DNA of 64,000 nucleotides from Escherichia coli (GTDB lineage Bacteria; Pseudomonadota; Gammaproteobacteria; Enterobacterales; Enterobacteriaceae): NCBI RefSeq assembly GCF_030013595.1, contig NZ_CP122772.1; one strand, 5' to 3'. Shown piece by piece: positions 18,601 to 27,647 of this stretch (position 1 is its first letter; each line of letters starts with the position of its first letter). The notes under the pieces were generated by a model. It saw only the letters and a program-made list of their open reading frames with translations, ran no database searches and was not told where the DNA came from. The position numbers and the translations under genes were made by a program.

Positions 18601-20982
18601 ACTGCAGGCCAGCGGGAAGCCACGCGAACGGTACTGGAGAATACCGACCGCTTTATGGCCATTCAGGGCTACGCCGGGGTGGGGAAAACAACCCAGTTCC
18701 GGGCGGTGATGGGGGCCCTGAACACGCTGTCTGAATCCGTGCGCCCGCAGGTTATCGGTCTGGGACCCACGCACCGGGCCGTGCATGAGATGCGTGAAGC
18801 AGGCGTGGACGCCCGCACACTGGCCAGTTTTCTGAGCGAAACCCGTCAGGCCATTCAGGCCGGGGAAACACCGGATTTTCGCAACGTCCTGTTCCTGACT
18901 GATGAGAGCTCGATGGTGGGTAACCGTGATATGGCTGAGCTTTATCAGCTGGTTGCTGCAGGGGGCGGGCGAATGGTCTCCAGTGGGGATACCGCGCAGT
19001 TGCAGGCTATTTCCACTGGCCAGCCGTTCCGTCTGGTACAACAGCGCAGTGCCATCGATACGGTGGTGATGCAGGAGATTGTCCGTCAGACACCTGCGTT
19101 GCGTCCGGCGATTGAAAGCATCATCGCAGGTCAGGTGGATACATCCCTGCGCCAGGTGGATGACGTCAGCCCACAGCAGGTCCCGCGTCAGGCCGGGGCA
19201 TGGGTACCGGAAAAGTCCGTTATGGAAATCCGTAAGCCGGAGAAAGAGCCGGAGCAGGGCCGGACTGCCGCACTGGAGGCTTTGAAGCCGGAGCAGTTGT
19301 CACCGGCGCGTACCGACATCATTGCAGCCATCCGGGATGACTGGATGGGGCGTACGCCGGAGGCACAGCAGCAGACGCTGATTATGGCTGAACTTAACGC
19401 CGACCGGCATGCCATTAACGAAGCCATTCATGCCGCCCGGCATGAGAAAGGCGATACAGGTGCTGAAGAACGCACGTTCACCGTTCTGGAGCCGCTCCGG
19501 GTGCCTGACAACGCCCTGCGTGCAGCTGAAACCTTTGCGGAGTACACCGGCGCCGTGGCCATGATGAACGAGCGCTACTGGACGGTGGCGGAGGTGAATA
19601 CTCAGGACGCTGTGGTCACGCTGCGGAATGCTGATGGGGAGTCGGTACTGATTTCACCACAGCAGAACACTGCACAGGATATCTCCCTCTTCACACCCCG
19701 CGAACTGACGGTTAGTCAAGGGGACCGGGTGCGCTTTACCCGCTCGGACACCGACCGCGGCTATGTGGCCAACAGTCTGTGGGAGGTGGCCGGGTTCACT
19801 GACGACGGGGCCATCCGCTTCCGCCAGGGAGAGCAGGAGAAAATCGTCGACCCGCAGGCCATGACGGAGGACCGTCATATTGACCTCGCCTACGCCCTGA
19901 CGGTGTATGGCGTGCAGGGGGCCAGTGAACGTTTTGCCATTGCCCTGACCGGTACCGAAGGTGGCAGGAAAAGAATGGCGTCCCTGGAGTCCACTTATGT
20001 GACGCTGTCACGTGCGAAAGAGCATGTCCAGGTCTACACGGACAACCTTGAGGACTGGCAGCAACAGGTCCGGCAGTCTGACGGCGGCAAAACCGCCCAC
20101 GACCTGCTGCACGAGAAAAGTGATCGCGAGTCCGACACCGGTAACCGCCTGCTGGCCACCGCCTCGCGGCTGGATAAAACGGCGCTGGGCCGCCGGGTGC
20201 TGGCGGAAAACGGTCTGGAGGGTGAGACGATGGCCCGCTTCATTGCTGCCGGTAAAAAGTACCCGTCACCATATGTGGCCCTGCCAGTCTGGACCCGTCA
20301 CGGGAAAGAGGCAGGGGCGCTGCTGACGGAAATTCGTATTGAGGATGACGGAATGCGCGTGGTGCTCAGCGAAGAATCCCGGCTGCGTGGCGGAGAAGAT
20401 GCGCAGTTTGCCGGACTGCAGGCCAGCCGGAATGGTCAGACACTGATAGCTGACAGTGCGGACGCCGCACTGCGGCTGGCGCAGGAAAACCCGGAGAGTG
20501 GGGTGGTGATACGCCTGCACGGCGAAGAGCGCCTGCTCAATGCCGCGCGGCTGACCGGGGGACGTATCACAGAGCCTGACGAGTTGAGTCGGGCATTGCG
20601 TAACGTGGCGGACGCCGAAACGGCGGCAAAAGCGGAAGACCCCATTACGCTGCCTCCGGATGAGCAGCAGAAGCTGGCGGAGGTGCAGGAGAAAGCCGCC
20701 CGTGAACTGGCGGAACAGGCCCGGCGTGAACTGTTGTCGGTGGCACCACAAAAAGACGAAGACAAACGTGACCCGTTGTTATCTGCCGATGATGAGCGCC
20801 GCCTGCGTGACGGTACAGAACGGGAAAGCCGGGAACTGGATGAAGCTGTCCGGGAAGCGGTTGCCGGTGGTCGTGGTGCCCGCCAGCAGGTACGTGAACA
20901 GATGCAGCGTACTGAACGTGAGTGGGTGGTGAAGATGCCGGAAAAAGAGATAGAGCTGGAAAAGACGCTCGGTGGCGACTGA
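15688..20982 (+). CDS. traI: TraI relaxase/helicase
   Basis: 1764-aa ORF; N-terminal relaxase domain with YYSHEDNYYA start, Walker A (GYAGVGKTT) helicase region, C-terminal ...LEKTLGGD end as in F TraI. Confidence 0.95.
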   Translation: MLSISSIKGDAGYYSHEDNYYASGSLESRWMGEGAEKLGLKGEVASADMDAVRQGKLPDGSDLSRMVNGVNKHRSGYDLTFSAPKSVSVMALVGEDRRFIEAHNRAVAVVMQEVEKLVSARITEEGKTETVLTGNMVAALYNHDTSRDLDPQLHTHALVFNATFANEKWRSLASDTRMKTGFSENLYATKIALGNLYRSALREDVESMGFETVAAGKNGLWELKDVPVDVFSSRSQTIREAAGPDASAKSRDVAALDTRQAKAWADPELLKADWRRRLADEKFDIDGYIRQAQARVEVPGAVAGRHSGIHAPDLSGGASFGEIADEQVRKAVSDTISALSEKKVQFTWSEMLAGTVNRLPSAPGLFEQARAGIDAAIEGQRLIPLDREKGIFTSDIHLLNELSVHQLARTAIQEQTVLLFPERAQERDIPAGDAVSVLTQDKSPVAILSGRGGAQALRERTEDVAMMARSQGREVMVIAADGRSGQFMSESPHLAGHVMLRSQMNADTVLPVQGTVIVDRAERLSLKETVLLQEKALSAGAQLIFMDTENRQGTGNALSVLKEAGIPQYRFYGTQLPAVRLVSEADKRSRYGQLAQDYVRLSAEGRDVVAQVTGAREQQQLTDVIRDARREAGELGREQMTIRVLEPVWLDSKTRHQRDNYRAGMVMEQWDAEKKMMTRHTIDRVAEATNSLVLLGEDGSRLTLKVSQLDGSWSLYRSRTLAVSEGDRVRALGRELKGAIKAKEQFTVTALENGAIRLRSGDRELRLPTERAVKLAHDYVEGTGAGTSVSRTVLAAVGPRALNKQVLNALAQSGGDIRIYTPLETGQAARKVESVSAVRLASDQVRQSTGEANLDTAIQASRERLMSDAEQAVNLAIPRAQQGQVHLSELTLLAEAVKSGQRLADVRAEIARQVSSGELIQLDSVAGAGNRILVPRVAYEMEKSIIRHIAEGKDAVQPLMSLTPASVLSGLTAGQREATRTVLENTDRFMAIQGYAGVGKTTQFRAVMGALNTLSESVRPQVIGLGPTHRAVHEMREAGVDARTLASFLSETRQAIQAGETPDFRNVLFLTDESSMVGNRDMAELYQLVAAGGGRMVSSGDTAQLQAISTGQPFRLVQQRSAIDTVVMQEIVRQTPALRPAIESIIAGQVDTSLRQVDDVSPQQVPRQAGAWVPEKSVMEIRKPEKEPEQGRTAALEALKPEQLSPARTDIIAAIRDDWMGRTPEAQQQTLIMAELNADRHAINEAIHAARHEKGDTGAEERTFTVLEPLRVPDNALRAAETFAEYTGAVAMMNERYWTVAEVNTQDAVVTLRNADGESVLISPQQNTAQDISLFTPRELTVSQGDRVRFTRSDTDRGYVANSLWEVAGFTDDGAIRFRQGEQEKIVDPQAMTEDRHIDLAYALTVYGVQGASERFAIALTGTEGGRKRMASLESTYVTLSRAKEHVQVYTDNLEDWQQQVRQSDGGKTAHDLLHEKSDRESDTGNRLLATASRLDKTALGRRVLAENGLEGETMARFIAAGKKYPSPYVALPVWTRHGKEAGALLTEIRIEDDGMRVVLSEESRLRGGEDAQFAGLQASRNGQTLIADSADAALRLAQENPESGVVIRLHGEERLLNAARLTGGRITEPDELSRALRNVADAETAAKAEDPITLPPDEQQKLAEVQEKAARELAEQARRELLSVAPQKDEDKRDPLLSADDERRLRDGTERESRELDEAVREAVAGGRGARQQVREQMQRTEREWVVKMPEKEIELEKTLGGD

Positions 20983-20999
20983 ATCAGGGAGAGGAACGT

Positions 21000-21566
21000 A
21001 TGTTTATTGCATTTATTATTATTGTCATTCTTCTGGGCGGGTTTGTGCTCCTGCTCCGTCAGGCCGGTCGTGCAGCGCATCCACTTCTGCAGTCATTGCG
21101 GTCAAGGGGTATACGGCCTGGCGCAGCAGAGCTGTTGCTGTGCAGCAGGCCATCATTTGTCAGTGCCGGCCGGTTGATGACCGAACGGGAGCAGCGCTTT
21201 CTGCGCCGGCTGGACAGGGTGACTGATACCCGCCACTGGCGTCTGTGTCCACAGGTTCGGGTGGCCGATATTGTCAGAGTGGCGCCCGACCGTAAGTCCG
21301 GCAGCCGTGAATGGTGGCAGTTATTTCGCCTGGTGTCACAGTGGCACTGCGATGTGGTTATCACGGACCGTGCCGGGCGCATCATTGCAGCGGTTGAGCT
21401 GGACGACCGGTCTCATCAGGAACCGAAACGTCAGCGGCGTGACCTGCTGCTGGAAGAGGTGCTGAAACAGGCGGGTATCCCGCTGTTGCGTGGCGATAAT
21501 GAACAGCAACTGGCGGCGCGTGTCAGGGCGCACCTTTGCGCACAGCGTCCGGAGGCCGCAGCATGA
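21000..21566 (+). CDS. conserved plasmid hypothetical protein (N-terminal TM helix)
   Basis: ATG at 21000 (MFIAFIIIVILLGGFVLLL...); sits between traI and traX; stop overlaps the traX start. Confidence 0.55.
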   Translation: MFIAFIIIVILLGGFVLLLRQAGRAAHPLLQSLRSRGIRPGAAELLLCSRPSFVSAGRLMTEREQRFLRRLDRVTDTRHWRLCPQVRVADIVRVAPDRKSGSREWWQLFRLVSQWHCDVVITDRAGRIIAAVELDDRSHQEPKRQRRDLLLEEVLKQAGIPLLRGDNEQQLAARVRAHLCAQRPEAAA

Positions 21567-22294
21567 ATCAGGGTAAATCCGTTGCTGTGCAACCTGTCAG
21601 GCCGGTCCTGAATTTCTCCGCGCTGCAGCGCGATGTCATCCGGATGGTGGCGTTTGTGGCGATGGTGGGGGACCACATAGCTACTGCCTTTCAGCTGGAT
21701 ATGCCCTTACTGAACATGGGCGGGCGCTGTGCTTTCCCCCTGTTTGCGCTGGTCTGTGGCTGCAACATGGCGGGTAAAACCTTACGTCAGCACAGCCTGA
21801 ACCGCCTGTGGCTGATGGCACTCCTGGCACAGCCGGGTTACTGGCTGGCCTTCCGGGATGTCGGCCTTGCGTGGTGGCAACTGAATATCCTGTTCACCTT
21901 TGCTGTTGTCATGCAGGTGGCTCTTTTCCTGCAGTCTGCTACTGCCCGTAATGGTGTTGCGGCCTTCACGGTACTGATGGGGTATACACCGTTCAGTTCT
22001 GCCAGCTACGGCATCCCCGGTCTGCTGATGCTTGCCGGAGCGCTGCTGGTCTGGCAGGTCAGGGGCACGCTGCGTCCAGCTCTGTTTGCTGTCTGGCTGT
22101 TGCTGGTTGCCCTGCTTAATGCCCGACACGGTGATGTGATGATGTTTTCCGGCGTGATTCTGACACTGACGGTGCTGTTCTGTGTCCACGGGCTGGTACC
22201 GGCTTCCGGACGACGTCTGCAGGCAGGACGCTGGTTTGCGCCAGCGTATGCCATTCATCTGTTTTTTATTGGCTTTCTGGTCAGAGTTCTCTGA
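21563..22294 (+). CDS. traX: TraX F-pilin N-acetylase
   Basis: Polytopic membrane protein with ...RLWLMALLAQPGYWLAFRDVGLAWWQL... resembling F TraX; ATG 21563 overlaps the upstream stop. Confidence 0.85.
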   Translation: MNQGKSVAVQPVRPVLNFSALQRDVIRMVAFVAMVGDHIATAFQLDMPLLNMGGRCAFPLFALVCGCNMAGKTLRQHSLNRLWLMALLAQPGYWLAFRDVGLAWWQLNILFTFAVVMQVALFLQSATARNGVAAFTVLMGYTPFSSASYGIPGLLMLAGALLVWQVRGTLRPALFAVWLLLVALLNARHGDVMMFSGVILTLTVLFCVHGLVPASGRRLQAGRWFAPAYAIHLFFIGFLVRVL

Positions 22295-22344
22295 CCGTTC
22301 CTGACTCCGATACAGTGGTCTGGTGCTTTAGTATTACTGAACAG

Positions 22345-22378
22345 CAAAAAAATGCCTCCCTCAGAGATGAAGGGAGGC
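22345..22378 (-). terminator. rho-independent terminator oriented for minus-strand transcription
   Basis: Hairpin gcctccct/agggaggc (22354-22378) adjacent to an A-run on the plus strand, i.e. hairpin followed by a T-run on the minus strand. Confidence 0.45.
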
Positions 22379-22873
22379 GGAAGAATAAGGCTGGTCTGAT
22401 GAAACAACTCCCATGCCCGTTGGAAGTCGGATTACGGTTATTTTTTAACATATTTAGCAGGCGGAATTAAAGAGGAGAGAGGAATGAATGGATTCAGAAA
22501 CCGTTCACGAAGCAGTAAGGTCTGGTGCTGGCAGCGTGCCGGAGGCCGGGCTGTTATTCTGGAGGTCAGTGGCCGCGGGATAGAAGCGGCTGAAGCATGG
22601 ATACGGGCTGCTCATATAGCTCCCCGTACTGACTGGCAGCAGTTTGCGTGGCAGAGAGCAGAATACTGCCAACGGCGCAGCAGGGGTAAGGCCGGACATC
22701 CACTACCTCCTGAAGAACGTGGTGGATGTCCGGCGAAAATCAAAGAACATACACGTCAGGTGGGCTGACGCCTTCGCGTTGCTCAGTTGTCCAACCCCGG
22801 AAACGGGAAAAAGCAAGTTTTCCCCGCTTCCGGCGTTTCTGAATAAATTTAGCTTCCAGAAAGGAGTAAACCA

Positions 22874-23869
22874 ATGAGTTGGTTTAGCGATATATATGGT
22901 TTTGAGGAATCAACTTACGCCAGAACTCAGGCTAATTTCTACATCGATGGTCCCTTGCTTCATACCAGGGGCCAGTCATCCCGTACCTTTCATGCCGGTA
23001 TACTGACTCTGCCGAGTCTGGCTGAAATACGGAAAGCCGTTTGTAGCCTGGAGGTAAGTAGAGGTGAAAAAATAAAGCTAAGTAGTTTGGTGACCGACGC
23101 TTATGAACTTCATCGGTGTCCGGAGGCGAATCGCGCAATAATCCAGGTTGCCAGTCAGTTTAACCTCCTGGAAATGCCGAACGAACACACTACACCGGAG
23201 AAGGGAATCACCAACTATCAGTATGATTATACGCAGGGGCCCGCATGTGCAATGGCCTGTGCTGCCGCTACGGTGTTTCGTAACTATCTGGTCCCGGTTG
23301 GTTCGCAGAGGGGGCAGACTCAAAACTGTCAACTCAACGCTCTGGCGGACATGGACAGAGCCATTGGCATTAGGGGGATCAGAATGCAAAATGGCTACGC
23401 TCTTCTGCAACCGGATACGGTGCTCGCCATCAGCAAACATATTGAGGCGATGGATGAACTTTCGCGTGATGAGGTGAGGCAGAAGCTCCGTGTCGGGGTT
23501 CATTCTGACACGGAAGTGACAATTCCGGGTGTACCGAAGGAGCAGCGCGTTACTCAGGTTCTTTGCGCTGCTTTACCGGTTGCTTATCACTATTCCCCAC
23601 GAAGGGACTGGGGTCCTTTTGCGACTTTAGTGCTTGAGGCCTGTTATGAAGCAACCCTGCTGGCTGCGGTGCTAAATTATCACGACACAGGTAATCCCAG
23701 AGTCTATCTGACTCTGGTTGGTGGAGGCGCTTTCGGTAATGATCTCAGCTGGATTGTCTCTGCTCTTAGGCGTGCTCTTAACCTGGTCAGTAATCATCCG
23801 CTTGATGTGCGTTTGGTGAATAATCGTAAGGTTCCTGTAGAGATAGAGTCGTTGATCCGGGAATTTTGA
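22874..23869 (+). CDS. hypothetical protein, 331 aa, function unknown
   Basis: Long ORF with a reasonable RBS (AAAGGAG 8 nt upstream); occupies the position where finO normally lies; bracketed by ~50-bp imperfect direct repeats. Confidence 0.6.
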   Translation: MSWFSDIYGFEESTYARTQANFYIDGPLLHTRGQSSRTFHAGILTLPSLAEIRKAVCSLEVSRGEKIKLSSLVTDAYELHRCPEANRAIIQVASQFNLLEMPNEHTTPEKGITNYQYDYTQGPACAMACAAATVFRNYLVPVGSQRGQTQNCQLNALADMDRAIGIRGIRMQNGYALLQPDTVLAISKHIEAMDELSRDEVRQKLRVGVHSDTEVTIPGVPKEQRVTQVLCAALPVAYHYSPRRDWGPFATLVLEACYEATLLAAVLNYHDTGNPRVYLTLVGGGAFGNDLSWIVSALRRALNLVSNHPLDVRLVNNRKVPVEIESLIREF

Positions 23870-24312
23870 CGTCGCTCGACTGGCTGACGCCTCCGCATGG
23901 TGGAGTTATCCAACACCGGAAACGGGAAAATATGCCTTTATAGGGTTGTTAGCCGTGTGCGCCACGGTGTTGTGTTTTTCCCTGATATTCAGGGAACGGT
24001 TATGTGAGCTGAATATTCACAGGGGAAATACAGTGGTGCAGGTAACTCTGGCCTATGAAGCCCGGCAGTGTGAAGTATTTCAGGGGCAGACACCCTATAT
24101 ACCAGAAACCGCCGATCCCGCCCGGGCCAGTACACAGGTTTAGGTATTTTCTGTTTTTTCGTTATTTCATTATCAAAATCACATTAAACGGACGTAATCA
24201 GACATGATTTGTGCGCCAACACAGATCATCGTCACAACTTTCAAGTCGCTGATTTCAAAAAACTGTAGTATCCTCTGCGAAACGATCCCTGTTTGAGAAT
24301 TGAGGAGGCGAG

Positions 24313-24573
24313 ATGTCGCAGACAGAAAATGCAGTGACTTCCTCATTGAGTCAAAAGCGGTTTGTGCGCAGAGGTAAGCCTATGTCTGATTCTGAGAAAC
24401 AGATGGCCGCTGTTGCAAGAAAACGTCTTACACACAAAGAGATAAAAGTTTTTGTCAAAAATCCTCTGAAAGATCTCATGGTTGAGTACTGTGAGCGAGA
24501 AGGGATAACACAGGCTCAGTTCATTGAGAAAATTATCAAAGATGAACTGCAGAGACTGGATATACTAAAGTAA
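24313..24573 (+). CDS. repA2: RepA2/CopB replication-control repressor (IncFII-type)
   Basis: 86-aa product [23 protein letters not shown]... closely resembles R1/R100 CopB as I recall it. Confidence 0.9.
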   Translation: MSQTENAVTSSLSQKRFVRRGKPMSDSEKQMAAVARKRLTHKEIKVFVKNPLKDLMVEYCEREGITQAQFIEKIIKDELQRLDILK

Positions 24574-24684
24574 AGACTTTACTTTGTGCCGTAGCATGCT
24601 AGATTACTGATCGTTTAAGGAATTTTGTGGCTGGCCACGCCGTAAGGTGGCAGGGAACTGGTTCTGATGTGGATGTTGTACAGG

Positions 24685-24775
24685 AGCCAGAAAAGTGAAA
24701 ACCCCGATAATCTTCGTCAAGTTTGGCGACTGAGAGAAGATTACCGGGGCTAACAAGAAACCGCATAGAAGCTGT
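24685..24775 (-). ncRNA. copA: CopA-like antisense RNA region (approximate bounds)
   Basis: Position between repA2 and tap/repA1 in a leader resembling the R1 CopT/CopA region; boundaries not determined. Confidence 0.35.
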
Positions 24776-24800
24776 TGCTCCATGCGGGGAGTATAGTTAT

Positions 24801-24875
24801 ATGCCCGGAAAAGTTCAAGACTTCTTTCTGTGCTCACTCCTTCTGCGCAACATAAGTGCAGGAAGGTGTGGCTGA
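24801..24875 (+). CDS. tap: Tap (RepA6) leader peptide, 24 codons, translationally coupled to repA1
   Basis: ATG 24801, 24 codons, stop TGA 24873-24875 overlapping the GTG start of repA1 at 24856, as in IncFII replicons. Confidence 0.5.
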   Translation: MPGKVQDFFLCSLLLRNISAGRCG

Positions 24876-25890
24876 AAGATACACTCCACAAAAACACTGG
24901 AGTCAGCTTCCGCCAGAAGAGCAAATCCGTTTCTGGGAGGACTATGAAGCGGGAATGGCGACCTCTTTCCTGGTGGAACCGGAAAAGAAACGCACGAAGC
25001 GCCGTCGTGGTGAGCACTCCACCAAACCCAAATGCGAAAATCCGTCCTGGTATCGTCCTGCGCGCTATAAGGCGCTGAGCGGGCAACTAGGGTACGCCTA
25101 TAACCGTCTGGTGAAAAAGGACCCGGCGACCGGTGAGCAGAGCCTGCGCATGCGTATGTCGCGACACCCCTTTTACGTGCAGAAACGGACGTTCGCTGGC
25201 CGTAAATATGCTTTCCGTCCGGAAAAACAGCACCTCCTCGATGCCATCTGGCCGGTTCTGGTCAGTTTCAGTGATGCGGGCACACATACCGTAGGCATGA
25301 GTGTTTCCCGTCTGGCCAGAGAAATCAGCCCGAAAGACAGCAAGGGGAAGGTTATTCCGGAACTGGAAGTGACGGTCTCCCGCCTTTCCCGTTTGCTGGC
25401 CGAACAGGTACGTTTTGGTGTGCTGGGTGTTTCAGAGGAAACCCTGTGGGACCGTGAAACCCGCCAGCGTCTGCCACGTTACGTCTGGATAACACCGGCA
25501 GGCTGGCAGCTGCTGGGCGTCGACATGGTAAAACTTCACGAACAGCAGCAGAAACGACTGCGTGAAAGTGAAATCCGCCAGCAGCTCATTCGGGAAGGTG
25601 TTCTGCGTGAGGATGAAGATATCTCCGTACATGCGGCCAGAAAACGCTGGTATCTGCAGCGCAGCCAGGATGCACTGAAACACCGTCGTGCAAAAGCGGC
25701 AGCCAGTAAGCGCGCCAGACGCCTGAAGAAACTGCCTGCCGACCAGCAGATTCATGAGATGGCAGAGTATCTCAGGAAGCGTCTGCCGCCGGATGAAGCC
25801 TATTTTTGTTCCGATGACCATCTGAAGCGACTGGCCATCAGGGAGTTGCGTCAGCTTGAACTGACGCTGGCTGCCCCGCCACCGCACTAG
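24856..25890 (+). CDS. repA1: RepA1-type replication initiator (IncFII/FIC-family replicon)
   Basis: 344-aa basic protein downstream of copB/copA/tap with GTG start; organisation typical of IncFII basic replicons. Exact RepA1 subtype not assigned. Confidence 0.75.
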   Translation: MQEGVAERYTPQKHWSQLPPEEQIRFWEDYEAGMATSFLVEPEKKRTKRRRGEHSTKPKCENPSWYRPARYKALSGQLGYAYNRLVKKDPATGEQSLRMRMSRHPFYVQKRTFAGRKYAFRPEKQHLLDAIWPVLVSFSDAGTHTVGMSVSRLAREISPKDSKGKVIPELEVTVSRLSRLLAEQVRFGVLGVSEETLWDRETRQRLPRYVWITPAGWQLLGVDMVKLHEQQQKRLRESEIRQQLIREGVLREDEDISVHAARKRWYLQRSQDALKHRRAKAAASKRARRLKKLPADQQIHEMAEYLRKRLPPDEAYFCSDDHLKRLAIRELRQLELTLAAPPPH

Positions 25891-26056
25891 ACAGCACCAT
25901 TTCCTCAGCACTGAATCATCGCCAGCCCCTCCGGGGCTTTCGGCGCTGGTTCCGCTCAGCCCAAAATCCGCAGTAATCACCTTAAATCCCCTCAGAGGGG
26001 CATATCTGCCCATAAAACCACGCATCAGTCATCAGAACGTGGCCACTTTGTTTCAG

Positions 26057-26065
26057 TTATCCACA
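26057..26065 (+). promoter_or_regulatory. DnaA box (TTATCCACA) in the presumed oriR region downstream of repA1
   Basis: Exact TTATCCACA ~165 bp after the repA1 stop, where IncFII oriR lies. Confidence 0.45.
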
Positions 26066-26810
26066 TAAATCCGCAAACAAAGAACTTTAAGAAGCTGCAA
26101 ACCTGAAACAGCAAACCTGCAATATAGTCTTAACCCCATTATTTAATCCCCTGCGTTGCTTCGCCGCAGGGAAAGTCTTTATCTCTGAAACCACTGTGAA
26201 CAAACACAAAGAGGCCTTCGCTTGCAGCGGCCAAAGCCGCGCCGCTCAGAATTTAAAAGCACCTCCCACCGCAAGCGGCGGGCCCCGACCGGAGCCATTT
26301 TAGTTACAACACTCAAATACAACCACCAAGAAAACCCCGGTCCAGCGCAGAACCGAAACCACAAAGCCCCTCCCTCATAACTGAAAAGCGGCCCCGCCCC
26401 GGCCCAAAGGGCCGGAACAGAGTCGCTTTTAATTATGAATGTTGTAACTACATTATCATCGCTGTCAGTCTTCTGGCTGGAAGTTCTCAGTACACGCTCG
26501 TAAGCGGCCCTGACGGCCCGCTAACGCGGAGATACGCCCCGACTTCGGGTAAACCCTCGCCGGGACCACTCCGACCGCGCACAGAGGCTCTCTCATGGCT
26601 GAAAGCAGGTATAGTCTGGCAGGGCTGGGAATGGGTAAGGTGAAATCTATCAATCCGTACCGGCTTACGCCGGGCTTCGGCGGTTTCACACCTGTGCTAC
26701 ATGTAACCACCGTATGCCGCCTTACATGCGCTGACGCGCATTATTTGCCTTGTTTCGTCTGAAAGTAATCACTATGATTAAATATGATTAACAACTAATC
26801 GAATATACAA

Positions 26811-27089
26811 ATGAAAAACAATACCGCACAGGCAACAAAAGTCATTACCGCGCATGTGCCATTACCTATGGCTGATAAAGTCGACCAGATGGCCGCCAGG
26901 CTGGAACGCTCCCGGGGCTGGGTTATCAAACAGGCGCTTTCTGCATGGCTTGCCCAAGAGGAGGAGCGTAATCGCCTGACGCTGGAAGCCCTGGACGATG
27001 TGACATCCGGACAGGTTATCGACCATCAGGCTGTACAGGCCTGGGCGGACAGTCTCAGTACTGACAATCCGTTACCGGTGCCCCGCTGA
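26811..27089 (+). CDS. RelB/ParD-family antitoxin (ribbon-helix-helix)
   Basis: 92-aa ORF immediately upstream of and abutting a RelE/ParE-like toxin; typical TA location next to an IncFII replicon. Confidence 0.75.
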   Translation: MKNNTAQATKVITAHVPLPMADKVDQMAARLERSRGWVIKQALSAWLAQEEERNRLTLEALDDVTSGQVIDHQAVQAWADSLSTDNPLPVPR

Positions 27090-27364
27090 TGGAACTGAAG
27101 TGGACCAGTAAGGCGCTTTCTGATTTGGCGCGGTTATATGATTTTCTGGTGCTGGCCAGTAAACCTGCTGCCGCCAGAACGGTACAGTCCCTGACACAGG
27201 CACCGGTCATTCTGTTAACTCATCCACGTATGGGAGAACAGTTGTTTCAGTTTGAACCCAGGGAGGTCAGACGGATTTTTGCTGGCGAGTACGAAATCCG
27301 TTACGAACTTAATGGCCAGACTATTTATGTATTGCGCCTGTGGCACACACGAGAAAACAGGTAG
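27089..27364 (+). CDS. RelE/ParE-family toxin
   Basis: 91-aa ORF with ...EYEIRYELNGQTIYVLRLWHTRE... resembling RelE/ParE; coupled to the upstream antitoxin. Confidence 0.75.
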   Translation: MELKWTSKALSDLARLYDFLVLASKPAAARTVQSLTQAPVILLTHPRMGEQLFQFEPREVRRIFAGEYEIRYELNGQTIYVLRLWHTRENR

Positions 27365-27647
27365 ATTGTGTGTGGGGACAACTTTAACATAGCCTGCAGG
27401 TATTAATTCTGGAGCTTTGTTATCAGGTCAGATATTTTGCATTCCATTAAATAATCTTGATCGATAGGAATTTAAATCCCCAAAAGACTAAAAAAGCACC
27501 ACAAAACGGATATTTCTTCAACACCCCTTGTGCACCATATGAGCGGAAACGACTATTAAACAGGATGACACTGATTGATACAGGGTATGAATGGCGGTTT
27601 TTTGCTCCGTTTCCGGTAAAATGGACGCAACTTCCCCTCTGCGGCTC

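Noticed and set aside
20436-21080. 214-aa minus-strand ORF overlapping the 3' end of traI
   Set aside because: Lies antisense to a confidently assigned gene; low-complexity Ser/Ala/Arg-rich translation typical of a reverse-frame artefact in GC-rich coding DNA.
22484-22768. 94-aa plus-strand ORF considered as a possible finO remnant
   Set aside because: Translation is not FinO-like (FinO is strongly lysine/arginine-rich and alpha-helical as I recall it) and lacks a convincing RBS; left as non-coding.
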